Assembly (NCBI GenBank): GCA_016861085.1
Contig: BOKR01000001.1
Location: 387,271-451,270 of the forward strand
Origin: Patescibacteria group bacterium
GTDB taxonomy: Bacteria > Patescibacteriota > Microgenomatia > UBA1400 > PJMF01
Direction of reading: 5' to 3'
Length of the DNA: 64,000 nucleotides
Below are positions 1 to 9,372 of this stretch, in pieces. Position 1 is the first letter of the stretch. Each line of letters opens with the position of its first letter. Below the pieces are notes generated by a model that saw only the letters and a program-made list of their open reading frames with translations, had not been told where the DNA came from and did not search any database. The position numbers and the translations under genes are program-made.

Positions 1-5
1 GGTTT

Positions 6-51
6 CGTGGCATTGTGCCAGATACAAGGCTATATACAGCACAATGCCACG
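6..51. repeat. Perfect 13-bp inverted repeat (CGTGGCATTGTGC ... GCACAATGCCACG) with a 20-nt spacer at the window edge
   Basis: Read directly from the sequence. No flanking U-tract on either strand, so it is not an obvious intrinsic terminator. Confidence 0.4.
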
Positions 52-234
52 AATGATTCGTAACCATAAATTATTACAAGTAAACTGTTAAAGAGCAAAA
101 TGTTGGGTAACAGTAGACTACTTCGCATTGAAGCAATAACTATTAACCCAAACAGCTCTATATTGTAATACTTTGATATATTATTGTCAATAAGAAAATT
201 ATAGGGTCTAAACGTAGTAAGAGGAGGTTACATA

Positions 235-261
235 TTGAATTACCTCGAGGATTTGGCATAA
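235..261 (+). other. Candidate 8-codon upstream ORF (TTG AAT TAC CTC GAG GAT TTG GCA TAA) preceded by a strong SD AGGAGG (222-227, 7-nt spacer)
   Basis: A consensus SD sits at ideal spacing from a TTG start. The downstream gene (GTG 266 / ATG 272) lacks its own SD. The uORF stop lies 4 nt before the GTG. Confidence 0.25.
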
Positions 262-265
262 TACA

Positions 266-1027
266 GTGTCTATGTCAAGGAAACGCACAGAAGTACCCCT
301 AGTAGCTATTACAGGAGCAAGCCTTATCCATAAAGGGGACACAGAGGCTCCCCTAAGGGTGGTAAGAGCTGCATATTTTCAACTTATTGAGAAATTAGGT
401 GGTATTGCAGTTTTGGTGAACAATACCAGGGACAAAGAGGTGTTAAATCAGTATGTCAGTATGTTTAACTATTTGTTACTTACCGGTGGTGGTGATATTG
501 ATCCAAAATATTATGGTGACAAAAAGGATGAACAAACTGGTGAAAAAGGTATGACACTTGATCAAGAACGTGATGAGAGCGAACTCGAGCTAGTCAAATT
601 ATTTATGCAGGCTGGTAAGCCAGTTTTTGGTATTTGCAGGGGTGCACAAATTATTAATGTTGCCTTGGGTGGTACTTTGATTCAAGATTTGCCCAACACA
701 GGGATCGAACACTTAACTCCAGACGAAGAAGGTGGCTGGAACAAAAAGGCGCATGAAATTGTATTTACCCCGAGTAGCGAACTAGGAAAATTAGCTATTC
801 AGTTGCCGGACGGTAAGTATATGGGCAACTCAATGCATCATCAAGGAATTGACAAACTTGGCAATGGCCTAGTTATAGCAGCAAAGGCTCCGGACGGGGT
901 TGTAGAAGCCATTGAGGGTGATAATATGGCGGAACAGTTCATTATGGCTGTGCAATGGCATGCTGAACAGATGAAAGATGATGCTTTGACCCAAATGATG
1001 CTGAGAGCATTTTTGCAACTTTCCTAA
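266..1027 (+). CDS. Class I glutamine amidotransferase / peptidase C26 (gamma-glutamyl-GABA hydrolase PuuD-like)
   Basis: Motif GICRGAQIINVALGGTL (catalytic Cys) and downstream HHQ.. His typical of GATase1/C26. Start is GTG 266 or ATG 272. Confidence 0.7.
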   Translation: MSMSRKRTEVPLVAITGASLIHKGDTEAPLRVVRAAYFQLIEKLGGIAVLVNNTRDKEVLNQYVSMFNYLLLTGGGDIDPKYYGDKKDEQTGEKGMTLDQERDESELELVKLFMQAGKPVFGICRGAQIINVALGGTLIQDLPNTGIEHLTPDEEGGWNKKAHEIVFTPSSELGKLAIQLPDGKYMGNSMHHQGIDKLGNGLVIAAKAPDGVVEAIEGDNMAEQFIMAVQWHAEQMKDDALTQMMLRAFLQLS

Positions 1028-1776
1028 TCATGGAACTTGAGTCCAAGCCTTTTTTGCATTTCCATAATATACGGATAATAGACTACCCGAACCGCCCTAT
1101 CCATAATATTTGTCGGGCTTTTCAGCTGAAACAGACAAAAATCCATAATCCCTACTCTATTTCCACCTAGTATGACCAAATTTGGCAAAGCCCAGTAATT
1201 TGGATCAGTTTTGAGTCGTCTTGGCATGCCATGCAAAATTCCACTGCCGAGAAAATCAAGAATATAGCCAGTTTCTTGGTACATTCTTTGACTTGCTTGA
1301 GCTAGTTGCGCTAGAGATTCCATAACTTCATCTGAAGGATTATTTTCACAAGTAAGTTCAATTAGTTGCGGAATACGTTCTTGAACAATTACAGAACGGG
1401 TACCTGCAGTTACTTGCCTAAAGTGAGTAGGAACCAAATGATCTGGAAAATATTTCTTAACCAATTCAAGACTAATTTGATTTCTTTTCTCTAAAAAATC
1501 AGGCTCAAACGCAACTAAACATGAAAGTCTCCATGCTAGTGTTGCGGTTTTAAATACAACTGGTCTTTCTTGGGATTTTCTTTTTGGTTCCCACACATTA
1601 GATTGGAACCCCTTACCAATGAGCTCATTTGCATGTTTTGAACTAACAATTCCCAAATTCTTAAATTCAACTCCCGTTTTCATAGAAACGTGAATTATAT
1701 TACTATGGGACTTTTTAGTCAAGAAAAAGTAAGGTATAATAGCAGCATGACTCATCAAAAAAATACTTCTTGGCAA
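1024..1776 (-). CDS. Hypothetical protein. Likely true start is the internal Met at about 1683 (MKTGVEF...)
   Basis: Long ORF with coding-like composition and no recognisable motif. The C-terminal GN.VGIMDF resembles a kinase-like DFG region, but only weakly. The ORF as drawn overlaps the divergent methyltransferase start. Confidence 0.4.
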   Translation of the reverse strand: MPRSIFLMSHAAIIPYFFLTKKSHSNIIHVSMKTGVEFKNLGIVSSKHANELIGKGFQSNVWEPKRKSQERPVVFKTATLAWRLSCLVAFEPDFLEKRNQISLELVKKYFPDHLVPTHFRQVTAGTRSVIVQERIPQLIELTCENNPSDEVMESLAQLAQASQRMYQETGYILDFLGSGILHGMPRRLKTDPNYWALPNLVILGGNRVGIMDFCLFQLKSPTNIMDRAVRVVYYPYIMEMQKRLGLKFHD

Positions 1777-2505
1777 AACGTCTCAAATTGGTATGACAAA
1801 TTAGTTGGAAAAGAAGGTCATTATTACCACCAACATGTGGTACTACCAGGGTTACTCAGACTTTTGAAACTAACAAAAGAAAGTTCTTTAGTAGATCTAG
1901 GTTGTGGCCAGGGTATATTGAGTAGATCGATTCCATCAATTAGCAAATATTTGGGTATTGATAAAGCGGCGTCATTGGTTGAATCAGCTAAAAAAATCAC
2001 CAAAAATCCAGACTACGAATTTCTTATAAAAGATGTAACTAGGCCAATAGCTGGTGCCAAATCTGAGTTTTCACATGCTGCAATAGTGTTAGCGCTCCAG
2101 AATATGGAACACCCTGAAGGGGCGATAAAAAATGCTGCTGTATATTTAAAGCAAGGTGGCACTTTGGTTATTGTATTAAATCATCCTGCGTTTCGTATTC
2201 CAAGACAATCTGGTTGGGGTATTGATGAAAAAACAAAGCAGCAGTATCGTTGGATGAACCGCTACTCTTCTCCACTTAAAATCCCGATTAACATGACTCC
2301 AGGACAAAACAATCAACAGGTTACTTGGTCATTTCACAGACCTTTACAAGATTATTTTTCCGCACTACAACAAGCAGGTTTTGTGATTACTGGACTTGAA
2401 GAATGGAGTTCAGACAAAGAGAGTGAAGGAAAAGCTGCGCGAATGGAGAACCGTGCTCGCAAGGAGTTTCCATTGTTTTTAGCGCTTGTAGCCAAAAAAG
2501 TATAA
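1747..2505 (+). CDS. Class I SAM-dependent methyltransferase
   Basis: Motif I LVDLGCGQGILS (GxGxG) and post-I acidic residue pattern. Start moved to Met-20 (MTHQ...) to avoid overlap with the divergent gene. Confidence 0.65.
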   Translation: MTHQKNTSWQNVSNWYDKLVGKEGHYYHQHVVLPGLLRLLKLTKESSLVDLGCGQGILSRSIPSISKYLGIDKAASLVESAKKITKNPDYEFLIKDVTRPIAGAKSEFSHAAIVLALQNMEHPEGAIKNAAVYLKQGGTLVIVLNHPAFRIPRQSGWGIDEKTKQQYRWMNRYSSPLKIPINMTPGQNNQQVTWSFHRPLQDYFSALQQAGFVITGLEEWSSDKESEGKAARMENRARKEFPLFLALVAKKV

Positions 2506-2525
2506 CTTCTGTACTATGAAGTTAG

Positions 2526-4037
2526 ATGCATTTTTCTAGTTCACTTGTTGCTGAAGATAAAGCACCTATTCAAGATCACTGTGGCATTTTAGCGTTGATT
2601 GCTCCAATTGACTCTCCCCTATTTACTACAGGTCTGACAGCTTTTAAAACACTACAAACTCGTGGATATGATGGGGCAGGATTTTGGGCAATTGACAGCA
2701 CAGGCAAGGAGTATGGTTTTAAAGGCACCGGTATGATTGATGCAGTATTCACCCCTGCTCGCGTTCGAAAGTTCTCTAAAATTAAAGCTAGAATTTGGTT
2801 ATTTCAGAATCGATATGGCACCTCAGGGAATTTTGACCCGAGAAATGTGCAACCATTTCGTCGCGAGCATTTTCAAAAGCAAGAGATTTTTTGTCTAGCC
2901 CACAACGGGCAATTCTCAAAAAGAAAAGAAACAGACTATCTGGAGCAGTCTGATACTGCAACATTTGCAGATGAACTGAGCAATCAAGAAGGTAATAACT
3001 GGGATGAAAGGCTCTTGAATTTGCTCCAAAAATATACGGGAGCATACAGTTTAATTATGGCTACGCAGTCAGAGATTTTTTGTGCAAGGGATGCGTTAGG
3101 TATTAGGCCATTTGTATTTGGCAAGCTGACAAAAAATCCTCCATTCACTTGGATTGTTGCGTCAGAAACTGCAGCACTCAAAGCAATTGATGCAGTCAAT
3201 TACAAAGAAATATTGCCAGGTACTTTGCTCAAATTTTCTGCTCCAAAATCTGCAACCCATGACCCTATTTGTGTTCAAACGGTAACAACTCAAAAGCAGC
3301 GAGCATATTGTATTTTTGAAAATGTGTATCTCATGGATGAATCGACCCAAGCCCATGCTCCAACAACAGAAACAAGAGAAATCCGTAACCATCAATCAAT
3401 CAACTTAGTACGGTTTACAACAGGCAGAATTATGGCGCGAGAAGCACCGCTGAGCAGGAAACAAGTAGATTTTGTATGTGGTATACCTGGCACTGGAATA
3501 GTTGGTGGGCAGGGATATGCAAATGCCTTAATGTTGCCATATGTTCAAGCCATCGCAGATAGAACAACACCGAACAAAGAACAACGCACTTTTATGTCTG
3601 CTGATGTTGAAGGTATTTTTCAAAAGATGTACGATCATTTTGAGATTGCTTCAGATATGTTCAAAGGAAGAAACGTAGTACTGATTGATGATTCCTTGGT
3701 TAGAGGCAACGTTACTAAAGGCCTGATTAAGTTACTAAGAAATGAGTGTGGAGTTTCTAAAGTACATATAAGAATTCTTTGTCCACCAGTTGATAAGCCT
3801 TGCTATTTAGGTATCAACACTCGAAATGCTAATGAACTTCTAGCTCATAAATACCATGGAAATATTCGCAGTATGCAAAGATATATTGGTGCTGATTCAC
3901 TGGTTTTTCTTTCAAGTGAAGGTTTGCGCGAGGCTATTACTACAAATCCAAAAGCAAAGGGATTTTGTATGGGATGCATGCAAGGATACAAGCCACCAAT
4001 TACTTTGTATGGCAAACGGCAAAAAACGTTAGTTTAG
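2526..4037 (+). CDS. purF: Amidophosphoribosyltransferase-like protein (class II Ntn glutamine amidotransferase domain + type I PRTase domain)
   Basis: N-terminal propeptide then Cys (..DHCGILALIA), RYGTSG..N..QPF and LAHNGQF as in PurF GATase-II. C-terminal PRPP-binding motif VVLIDDSLVRGNVTK. Confidence 0.65.
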   Translation: MHFSSSLVAEDKAPIQDHCGILALIAPIDSPLFTTGLTAFKTLQTRGYDGAGFWAIDSTGKEYGFKGTGMIDAVFTPARVRKFSKIKARIWLFQNRYGTSGNFDPRNVQPFRREHFQKQEIFCLAHNGQFSKRKETDYLEQSDTATFADELSNQEGNNWDERLLNLLQKYTGAYSLIMATQSEIFCARDALGIRPFVFGKLTKNPPFTWIVASETAALKAIDAVNYKEILPGTLLKFSAPKSATHDPICVQTVTTQKQRAYCIFENVYLMDESTQAHAPTTETREIRNHQSINLVRFTTGRIMAREAPLSRKQVDFVCGIPGTGIVGGQGYANALMLPYVQAIADRTTPNKEQRTFMSADVEGIFQKMYDHFEIASDMFKGRNVVLIDDSLVRGNVTKGLIKLLRNECGVSKVHIRILCPPVDKPCYLGINTRNANELLAHKYHGNIRSMQRYIGADSLVFLSSEGLREAITTNPKAKGFCMGCMQGYKPPITLYGKRQKTLV

Positions 4038-4039
4038 TA

Positions 4040-7000
4040 TCAACATCCGCCAAACCAAGAAGCTACGAGCATATAAAACCCATTTGGTTTATCTAACACT
4101 GATACAGTTTTATTTGCTAAGTCGACGACAGATCGTGGTAGGATCTTCCATGTTTTCTTATCTGTAGAAAATGCGATTTTGAGGTTTTTTTGATTAAATG
4201 ATTTCCCAGGTAGCCCAGTAATTAATAAATCTTGTGTTTGGTATGGAATTGCTAAAATAATTGGTTGTGCGTACAGAACTGAAAGAATCTTGGCATCGTT
4301 AAAAAACGAACTGTAATAAATCTCATATACAGGTGAAACTTGGAAGAAAGGGATTTGGTTTCTGCATATTTGACCAGTAATGTTTTTATTTGAAATGACA
4401 GTTGGTACTCCCTTTAACATTTGGGTAACAGTTAGATATACATCAAAACTAAATGTTTGTGCAGGTACAACGGTTACTACGCCCTCTTCAGAAACGATGT
4501 CCCCTCTTTCAGAAGTAAGATCGGGCCTTGGTTCAGCTCCGACAGATTCAGTTGAGCCCCTGACTTCAAAATTGAAAGTGCTATATGAAGATCGTGCAGT
4601 ATATGAATTATTACTATCAACAGCTCTGACATACATTGTGTGCCATCCATGAGAAAGTGATGGTGTTGTACAACTGATGCCTTCAGTAGTGCTATTAAAG
4701 CTTCCATCGATAGCTGAGCAGCTAGTCCATGTACCATTGGGGTCATTAGAGTCTACTTGAAACTGTGCTCCACTGATGGTTGTTGTGGATTGGGTTGCCA
4801 CAATGTTGCCAGTGATATTTACAATTGAATGGGTAATTGCGCCGCTTGGACCTGTCAATGAAAATGAATGTGGAAAGTTGTAAATAATATACAAAGAGCC
4901 AGAATCTGTCCTACCAACGTCATCTGAAAGAACGGCACCCATAAGCAGATCTTTTGATCCGTCTGAATTTAAATCATGTAAATAGATGCTATGGTATCCA
5001 AGAAAATTACTGGCAGCAGCACCATCATATCTAACGTCATAGGTGTCAGTGGAACTAAGATTAACAGATTGGGTACTATAACTATTGAGTGTTGCGTTAT
5101 AGATAATATATACAGATCCAGAATCTGTAAAACCGTTATTGGCAACGGAGTGAACAAGTATGTCATCTTTTTGGTCATTATTAAAGTCCCCTGTTAGAAG
5201 AGAAACAAATGCTAACCCATCACCAGCTGCTTGCCCGTTAATTCGCGTATTGTAATTGCTTGTTGTAGCCAAAGAAACAGTATTTCCAGTTCCAGGATAA
5301 TCATCAATTAGTGTGTCATAAATAATATAAACAGAACCAGAGCTCCCACCATTGTTATCTGCAAGATCTGCTCCGAGTACAAGATCAAGCTCACCGTTGG
5401 CATTTATGTCCCCAACTGCCAGTGAGCCGTAACCTAAATTATCTCCAGCGGCTTGTCCGTCATATCTAATGTTAAAATTGCTTGTGGTACTAAGCGGCAC
5501 TACATTGCCAACAGTAGTGTAGTCATCTACTAATGTGTTATAGATAATATAGACTGAACCGGAAGCTCCACCAGTATAATCAGAATTCTTTGCACCAACT
5601 ACAAGGTCGTATTTTCCATCCCCATCCATGTCTGCTACTTCAAGACCATTCCCGAATCCGTCACCTAAAGTTTGCCCGTCGTACCTTATGTTAAAGTTGA
5701 CATAGTCACTCCCGTCTTGTTCTCCTAGATTTATGGTATTCCCAGTGCCTGAGTAGTCATCAATTAAAGAATCAAAAATAATGTACAAAGAACCTGTATT
5801 TGCTCCCCCAAAATCAGAGTTAGCGCTGCCAATAATCAGGTCTGGTGTGCCATTATTATTAATATCTTTTATCCTGATCACGTTACTTCCTCCTAATAAC
5901 GAAGCATTTGCTGCTTCACCATCGTATCGGAGGTTAAAGTTTGTGGCAGTAGCCAGACTAATATTTTTTGATCCGTACGAGTTGAGTAAATTATTGTAGA
6001 TGACATAGAGTGAGCCAGAGCTAGATCCGTTGAAATCTGTTAACTGTGAGCCAATGAGTAAGTCGTTTTTTCCATCACCGTTTACATCTTCAATACGATT
6101 TGTCCAGCGACCTATTCTGTCTTCAGCGACTGCTCCATCAAAGCGGAGGCTATAGCTATTAGAATCAGCCATATCAATATCGTTACCTGTTCCGGTATAG
6201 TCATCGAGTAAGGTGTCAAAAATGACATATACTGAACCGGTGTTTGTTCCACCATTATCAGCAGTTCCTGAACCAATCACAATGTCTGGTTTACCGTTAT
6301 TGTTGAGATCTCCGAATTGGCTTAAACCACTGTACGAAAATGTTGCTCCATTTTCTCCGTAATATTTTGAGTTGTAGTATGATGAGGTCGCAAGAGAATA
6401 CGTTGGATCCAATATTGTTGTGGCATTTGCTTCAACTGCAATGTTGGTCAGTCTTAAAGTTAGAATTGCCTGTCCAGCTTCTTTTTTAACTATAACTGTG
6501 TGATCTAATTGAGCTAGATCAGAAAAATCATAAGTAGCTATATTACCCTCCTGGGTTTTAAATGAGATGGTAGTACCTTTGAGTGCTGGAATATTTGTGA
6601 GTGTTGGTAGCTCTTTTTCAGTGAATTCAGATGCACCAAGCGTTTCGTTCAAATCTATATCAACTGTCCCTTCATATGCAGAAAATTCCTGCCCTTCTTC
6701 TGTGATTTGATATTCAGTTCCATCCCAAATGAATGCTTCAGCGTCTATTTGGTGATAGAGATTTAAATCAAGAGTTATTCTATTAGTTGTTGGGTTTCTC
6801 AAAGAGATTAACTGTTTGACTGATTTTCCTAGAGTCGGAGAAGCACTGCCTTTCTGAGTGTACTCAGTGATTATTTCGACTCCGCTATCGAGTACGTATG
6901 TAGATTCTCCTAGAGTGTCAGCCGCTACAATTTCGCTATACATTATTTCTTGTGTATTAGTGATTTCATGAGAATCGCTTTCAAGTTCGAGTGTGATTTT

Positions 7001-7219
7001 TTCAAAACCATCTTCAAGATTTTCGAAAGTATTGGCCAGCGCAGTATCTTCTACAACAACAGTATCACCTTCATTTTCAATGGTTGTAGTTTGTATATTT
7101 TCTTGTGCGACATCTTGTGCATTTGTTACGGATATACTACCTGTTCGTTGTAGTACGAATGCAACCAAAAAGATGGCTAGCGCAGAAAACATAAAAATAG
7201 GTTTTTTGAACGGCAGCAT
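4040..7219 (-). CDS. Large secreted/cell-surface protein with about 7 FG-GAP/VCBS (integrin-alpha-like beta-propeller) repeats
   Basis: N-terminal signal/TM (MLPFKKPIFMFSALAIFLVAFVL). The unit D.N.DG..D(L/I)(L/I/V).G(S/A)...(D/N)..G....GS(L/V)Y(I/V)I(F/Y) recurs about 7 times (DINNNGTPDLIIGS, DVNGDGKNDLLIGS, DMDGDGKYDLVVGA, DINANGELDLVLGA, DFNNDQKDDILVHS, DLNSDGSKDLLMGA...). 1059 aa. Confidence 0.7.
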   Translation of the reverse strand: MLPFKKPIFMFSALAIFLVAFVLQRTGSISVTNAQDVAQENIQTTTIENEGDTVVVEDTALANTFENLEDGFEKITLELESDSHEITNTQEIMYSEIVAADTLGESTYVLDSGVEIITEYTQKGSASPTLGKSVKQLISLRNPTTNRITLDLNLYHQIDAEAFIWDGTEYQITEEGQEFSAYEGTVDIDLNETLGASEFTEKELPTLTNIPALKGTTISFKTQEGNIATYDFSDLAQLDHTVIVKKEAGQAILTLRLTNIAVEANATTILDPTYSLATSSYYNSKYYGENGATFSYSGLSQFGDLNNNGKPDIVIGSGTADNGGTNTGSVYVIFDTLLDDYTGTGNDIDMADSNSYSLRFDGAVAEDRIGRWTNRIEDVNGDGKNDLLIGSQLTDFNGSSSGSLYVIYNNLLNSYGSKNISLATATNFNLRYDGEAANASLLGGSNVIRIKDINNNGTPDLIIGSANSDFGGANTGSLYIIFDSLIDDYSGTGNTINLGEQDGSDYVNFNIRYDGQTLGDGFGNGLEVADMDGDGKYDLVVGAKNSDYTGGASGSVYIIYNTLVDDYTTVGNVVPLSTTSNFNIRYDGQAAGDNLGYGSLAVGDINANGELDLVLGADLADNNGGSSGSVYIIYDTLIDDYPGTGNTVSLATTSNYNTRINGQAAGDGLAFVSLLTGDFNNDQKDDILVHSVANNGFTDSGSVYIIYNATLNSYSTQSVNLSSTDTYDVRYDGAAASNFLGYHSIYLHDLNSDGSKDLLMGAVLSDDVGRTDSGSLYIIYNFPHSFSLTGPSGAITHSIVNITGNIVATQSTTTISGAQFQVDSNDPNGTWTSCSAIDGSFNSTTEGISCTTPSLSHGWHTMYVRAVDSNNSYTARSSYSTFNFEVRGSTESVGAEPRPDLTSERGDIVSEEGVVTVVPAQTFSFDVYLTVTQMLKGVPTVISNKNITGQICRNQIPFFQVSPVYEIYYSSFFNDAKILSVLYAQPIILAIPYQTQDLLITGLPGKSFNQKNLKIAFSTDKKTWKILPRSVVDLANKTVSVLDKPNGFYMLVASWFGGC

Positions 7220-7333
7220 AAGTAGAAACTAGCACTTACTGTTTACAGTAATAATAGCGTAAAAAAGCCAAAGGCAGTAGTATTGATTGGGTTCTATTTT
7301 TCGGCTGGGTCAGTTTTTTTTATTATAAAGTGA

Positions 7334-8071
7334 TCAATTATGATAATGTCCAAAGGCTTCATGTAATAGTGATTGTTGCATAGTTGAGATATGTGTAGAT
7401 ATGTACGTATTCACGGCTTCAGCAGGACCGTCTCCAAAGTCGTATTCAACTTTCTCGAAAGTCTGGCTCCCAGCATATTTGGAATAGAAAGAGGTCATGT
7501 TTTGAGGCCTGATGTTTTCAGCATCCCCTTTGAATTGGGGAAGGTACTGAGGCTCTTCATCAGTATGAATCGTTAAATCATCTCCAAATTTAACCTTTTT
7601 TGCCCCAATACCTTCTAACAATACTAAAATTTGAGCATTGAATACATCTGCTAATCCGGACCTTCTGTGTTGCTTGCTTATTAAAAATGCTGTCGCTTCT
7701 TCCTGCTCTGAAGCAACTGGAATTTTTTCGAGGTCATGAAATTCAATAGGTAAATCTTCATCTGGAATAGATATGTCGTATTTTTTAAAATCTATAACTG
7801 CTTGTTTCTCAGATATACTACAATCTGCATATCCAACAGGTAATTTTTGATTATCAGCTGTTATTTCCCATAAGCCAAACACCATGTCTTGAACACCCAT
7901 GATTTCTTTACCAAATAAAGCAACTCTAAATTTTTTTCCTTTCCAAGTAAAGTCACTACTTGAACCATCTCTATTTAAAAGAGGTTTTAATTCCTGAAAC
8001 TGCTCAATTATTGGTGCTTCATTGAATATCTCAAGATGTTTTAATTCATTCATAAAAATAGTATATAGCAA
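7334..8071 (-). CDS. Hypothetical protein (245 aa), acidic, no recognisable motif
   Basis: Intact ORF with coding-like composition. Confidence 0.45.
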   Translation of the reverse strand: MLYTIFMNELKHLEIFNEAPIIEQFQELKPLLNRDGSSSDFTWKGKKFRVALFGKEIMGVQDMVFGLWEITADNQKLPVGYADCSISEKQAVIDFKKYDISIPDEDLPIEFHDLEKIPVASEQEEATAFLISKQHRRSGLADVFNAQILVLLEGIGAKKVKFGDDLTIHTDEEPQYLPQFKGDAENIRPQNMTSFYSKYAGSQTFEKVEYDFGDGPAEAVNTYISTHISTMQQSLLHEAFGHYHN

Positions 8072-8117
8072 GACTCCTTAATGGAAATAGTAATACTATT
8101 CTAGTATACTCACTATC

Positions 8118-8864
8118 GTGTTTGACTTTAGTGCCATACAACTACTACTTATTTCGTTTTTCTTCACTGTATCGCTTCTACTTTTTCATAACAAATTTAA
8201 AGATTTTTGGTGGAGTTCTGTTGTTATTAATTTTTTTTGTTTTTTAGGTGCGTACTTCATTATTAGCTCAACTTGGGAATGGGTTTTATTTTTTGTGGGA
8301 AGTATTTTGAATCTTTGCTTTGATACTGCTGAAGTATACCGAAAAAAGTGGCGGTATAACACAAAAAATGGATATGTATATTGGGCTGGTCCTGGGTGGG
8401 GATTGATAACGGTAATTGTAAAACAAGCATCAGAATCTGTTGGTTTGCCAGCGTTATTAGTACTTGGGAGCGTTGTTGCACTTATTTTATTAACAAGAAA
8501 TAAAAAAGAATTACAGCTAGAAAACTTCAAAAGAAGTCACTGGTTGTTTTTTGCAGTGCTTGCACTTGTTATCTTTCCTAAATTGTTTTTAATTTCATTT
8601 TTTGTAGGAATCATCTTTGAATATATAGCAGTGACTGTCTTAAAATCTTGGTCATATAACTCACCCATTTTTATTCTTGTTGGAATTGGATATGGTACAG
8701 TAATGGTTGTGATAGAGGTACTTATGCAAGTTGCTTCGTTTCGTTTTCACCCACTTAACATAACATTTGCATTTGGCATCATTCTGTTTTTAACGGCACA
8801 GTACATTCATTATTTCATGAAGAATAATACTCGATTGTTGCAAAATCTAGTTGGACAAGATTAG
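8118..8864 (+). CDS. Integral membrane protein (about 6-7 TM helices), unknown function
   Basis: Repeated hydrophobic 20-aa segments. No catalytic motifs recognised. Confidence 0.5.
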   Translation: MFDFSAIQLLLISFFFTVSLLLFHNKFKDFWWSSVVINFFCFLGAYFIISSTWEWVLFFVGSILNLCFDTAEVYRKKWRYNTKNGYVYWAGPGWGLITVIVKQASESVGLPALLVLGSVVALILLTRNKKELQLENFKRSHWLFFAVLALVIFPKLFLISFFVGIIFEYIAVTVLKSWSYNSPIFILVGIGYGTVMVVIEVLMQVASFRFHPLNITFAFGIILFLTAQYIHYFMKNNTRLLQNLVGQD

Positions 8865-9343
8865 AGCGAAACTTTTTTCCCACAGTGTGGCCAAGCACCT
8901 ATACCACCGTTGGCAATTTTAAAAGCTGTCGTTTTTATTGCTTCTTCAGCATTGAAACGTAGTTCAGGATTCTCATCTAACCCCATTGAACGTCGTGTGG
9001 ATGCCCATGTTGATGCTGAATATTGAAACAGTCCGCCATATACACCATTCTTTGAAAGTGCAGATGGATTAAACTGGGATTCACAGTTTGCAATTACTTT
9101 AAGCTTAGTGCTACTAATACCATATTGGTTGGCATATGTTTCAAACAAAGTATTAAGATCTTCTGGAGTCTCAGGTGGAGTTAGCACAATTGGTGCGCTT
9201 GTTGGCTCAACTATAGGTTTGATCTCAACACACATAAGAACTTCTGAGCTATTTGTTTGAGAGTAGTTCATATGTTTTGGAACGGTACCCATGCTGAATG
9301 GCAAAATGGATAACAAAAGTTTTGGAACAAAGTTTTTTTTCAT
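8861..9343 (-). CDS. Secreted transglycosylase-like (Rpf / resuscitation-promoting-factor-type lysozyme-like) domain protein
   Basis: C-terminal ANCESQFNPSALSKNGVYGGLFQYSASTW matches the Rpf/transglycosylase-like core (CESGGNW..G.GGLQF..TW). Signal peptide MKKNFVPKLLLSILPFS begins at the internal Met (9343); the ORF continues upstream to 9418. Confidence 0.6.
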   Translation of the reverse strand: MKKNFVPKLLLSILPFSMGTVPKHMNYSQTNSSEVLMCVEIKPIVEPTSAPIVLTPPETPEDLNTLFETYANQYGISSTKLKVIANCESQFNPSALSKNGVYGGLFQYSASTWASTRRSMGLDENPELRFNAEEAIKTTAFKIANGGIGAWPHCGKKVSL

Positions 9344-9372
9344 AATAGTTATGAATATGGGTAGGGAAATTA

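Noticed and set aside
2788-3395. Numerous 60-160-aa ORFs in the track lying antisense to or out of frame within well-supported genes (e.g. 2788..3045, 11623..11856, 25883..26350, 33954..34412, 48470..48871, 49511..50155, 53846..54286, 59589..60149)
   Set aside because: They are fully embedded in genes with strong homology signatures on the other strand or frame. They have low-complexity or Cys/Arg-rich composition typical of antisense translation of AT- or GC-biased sequence. They lack plausible SD/start context.
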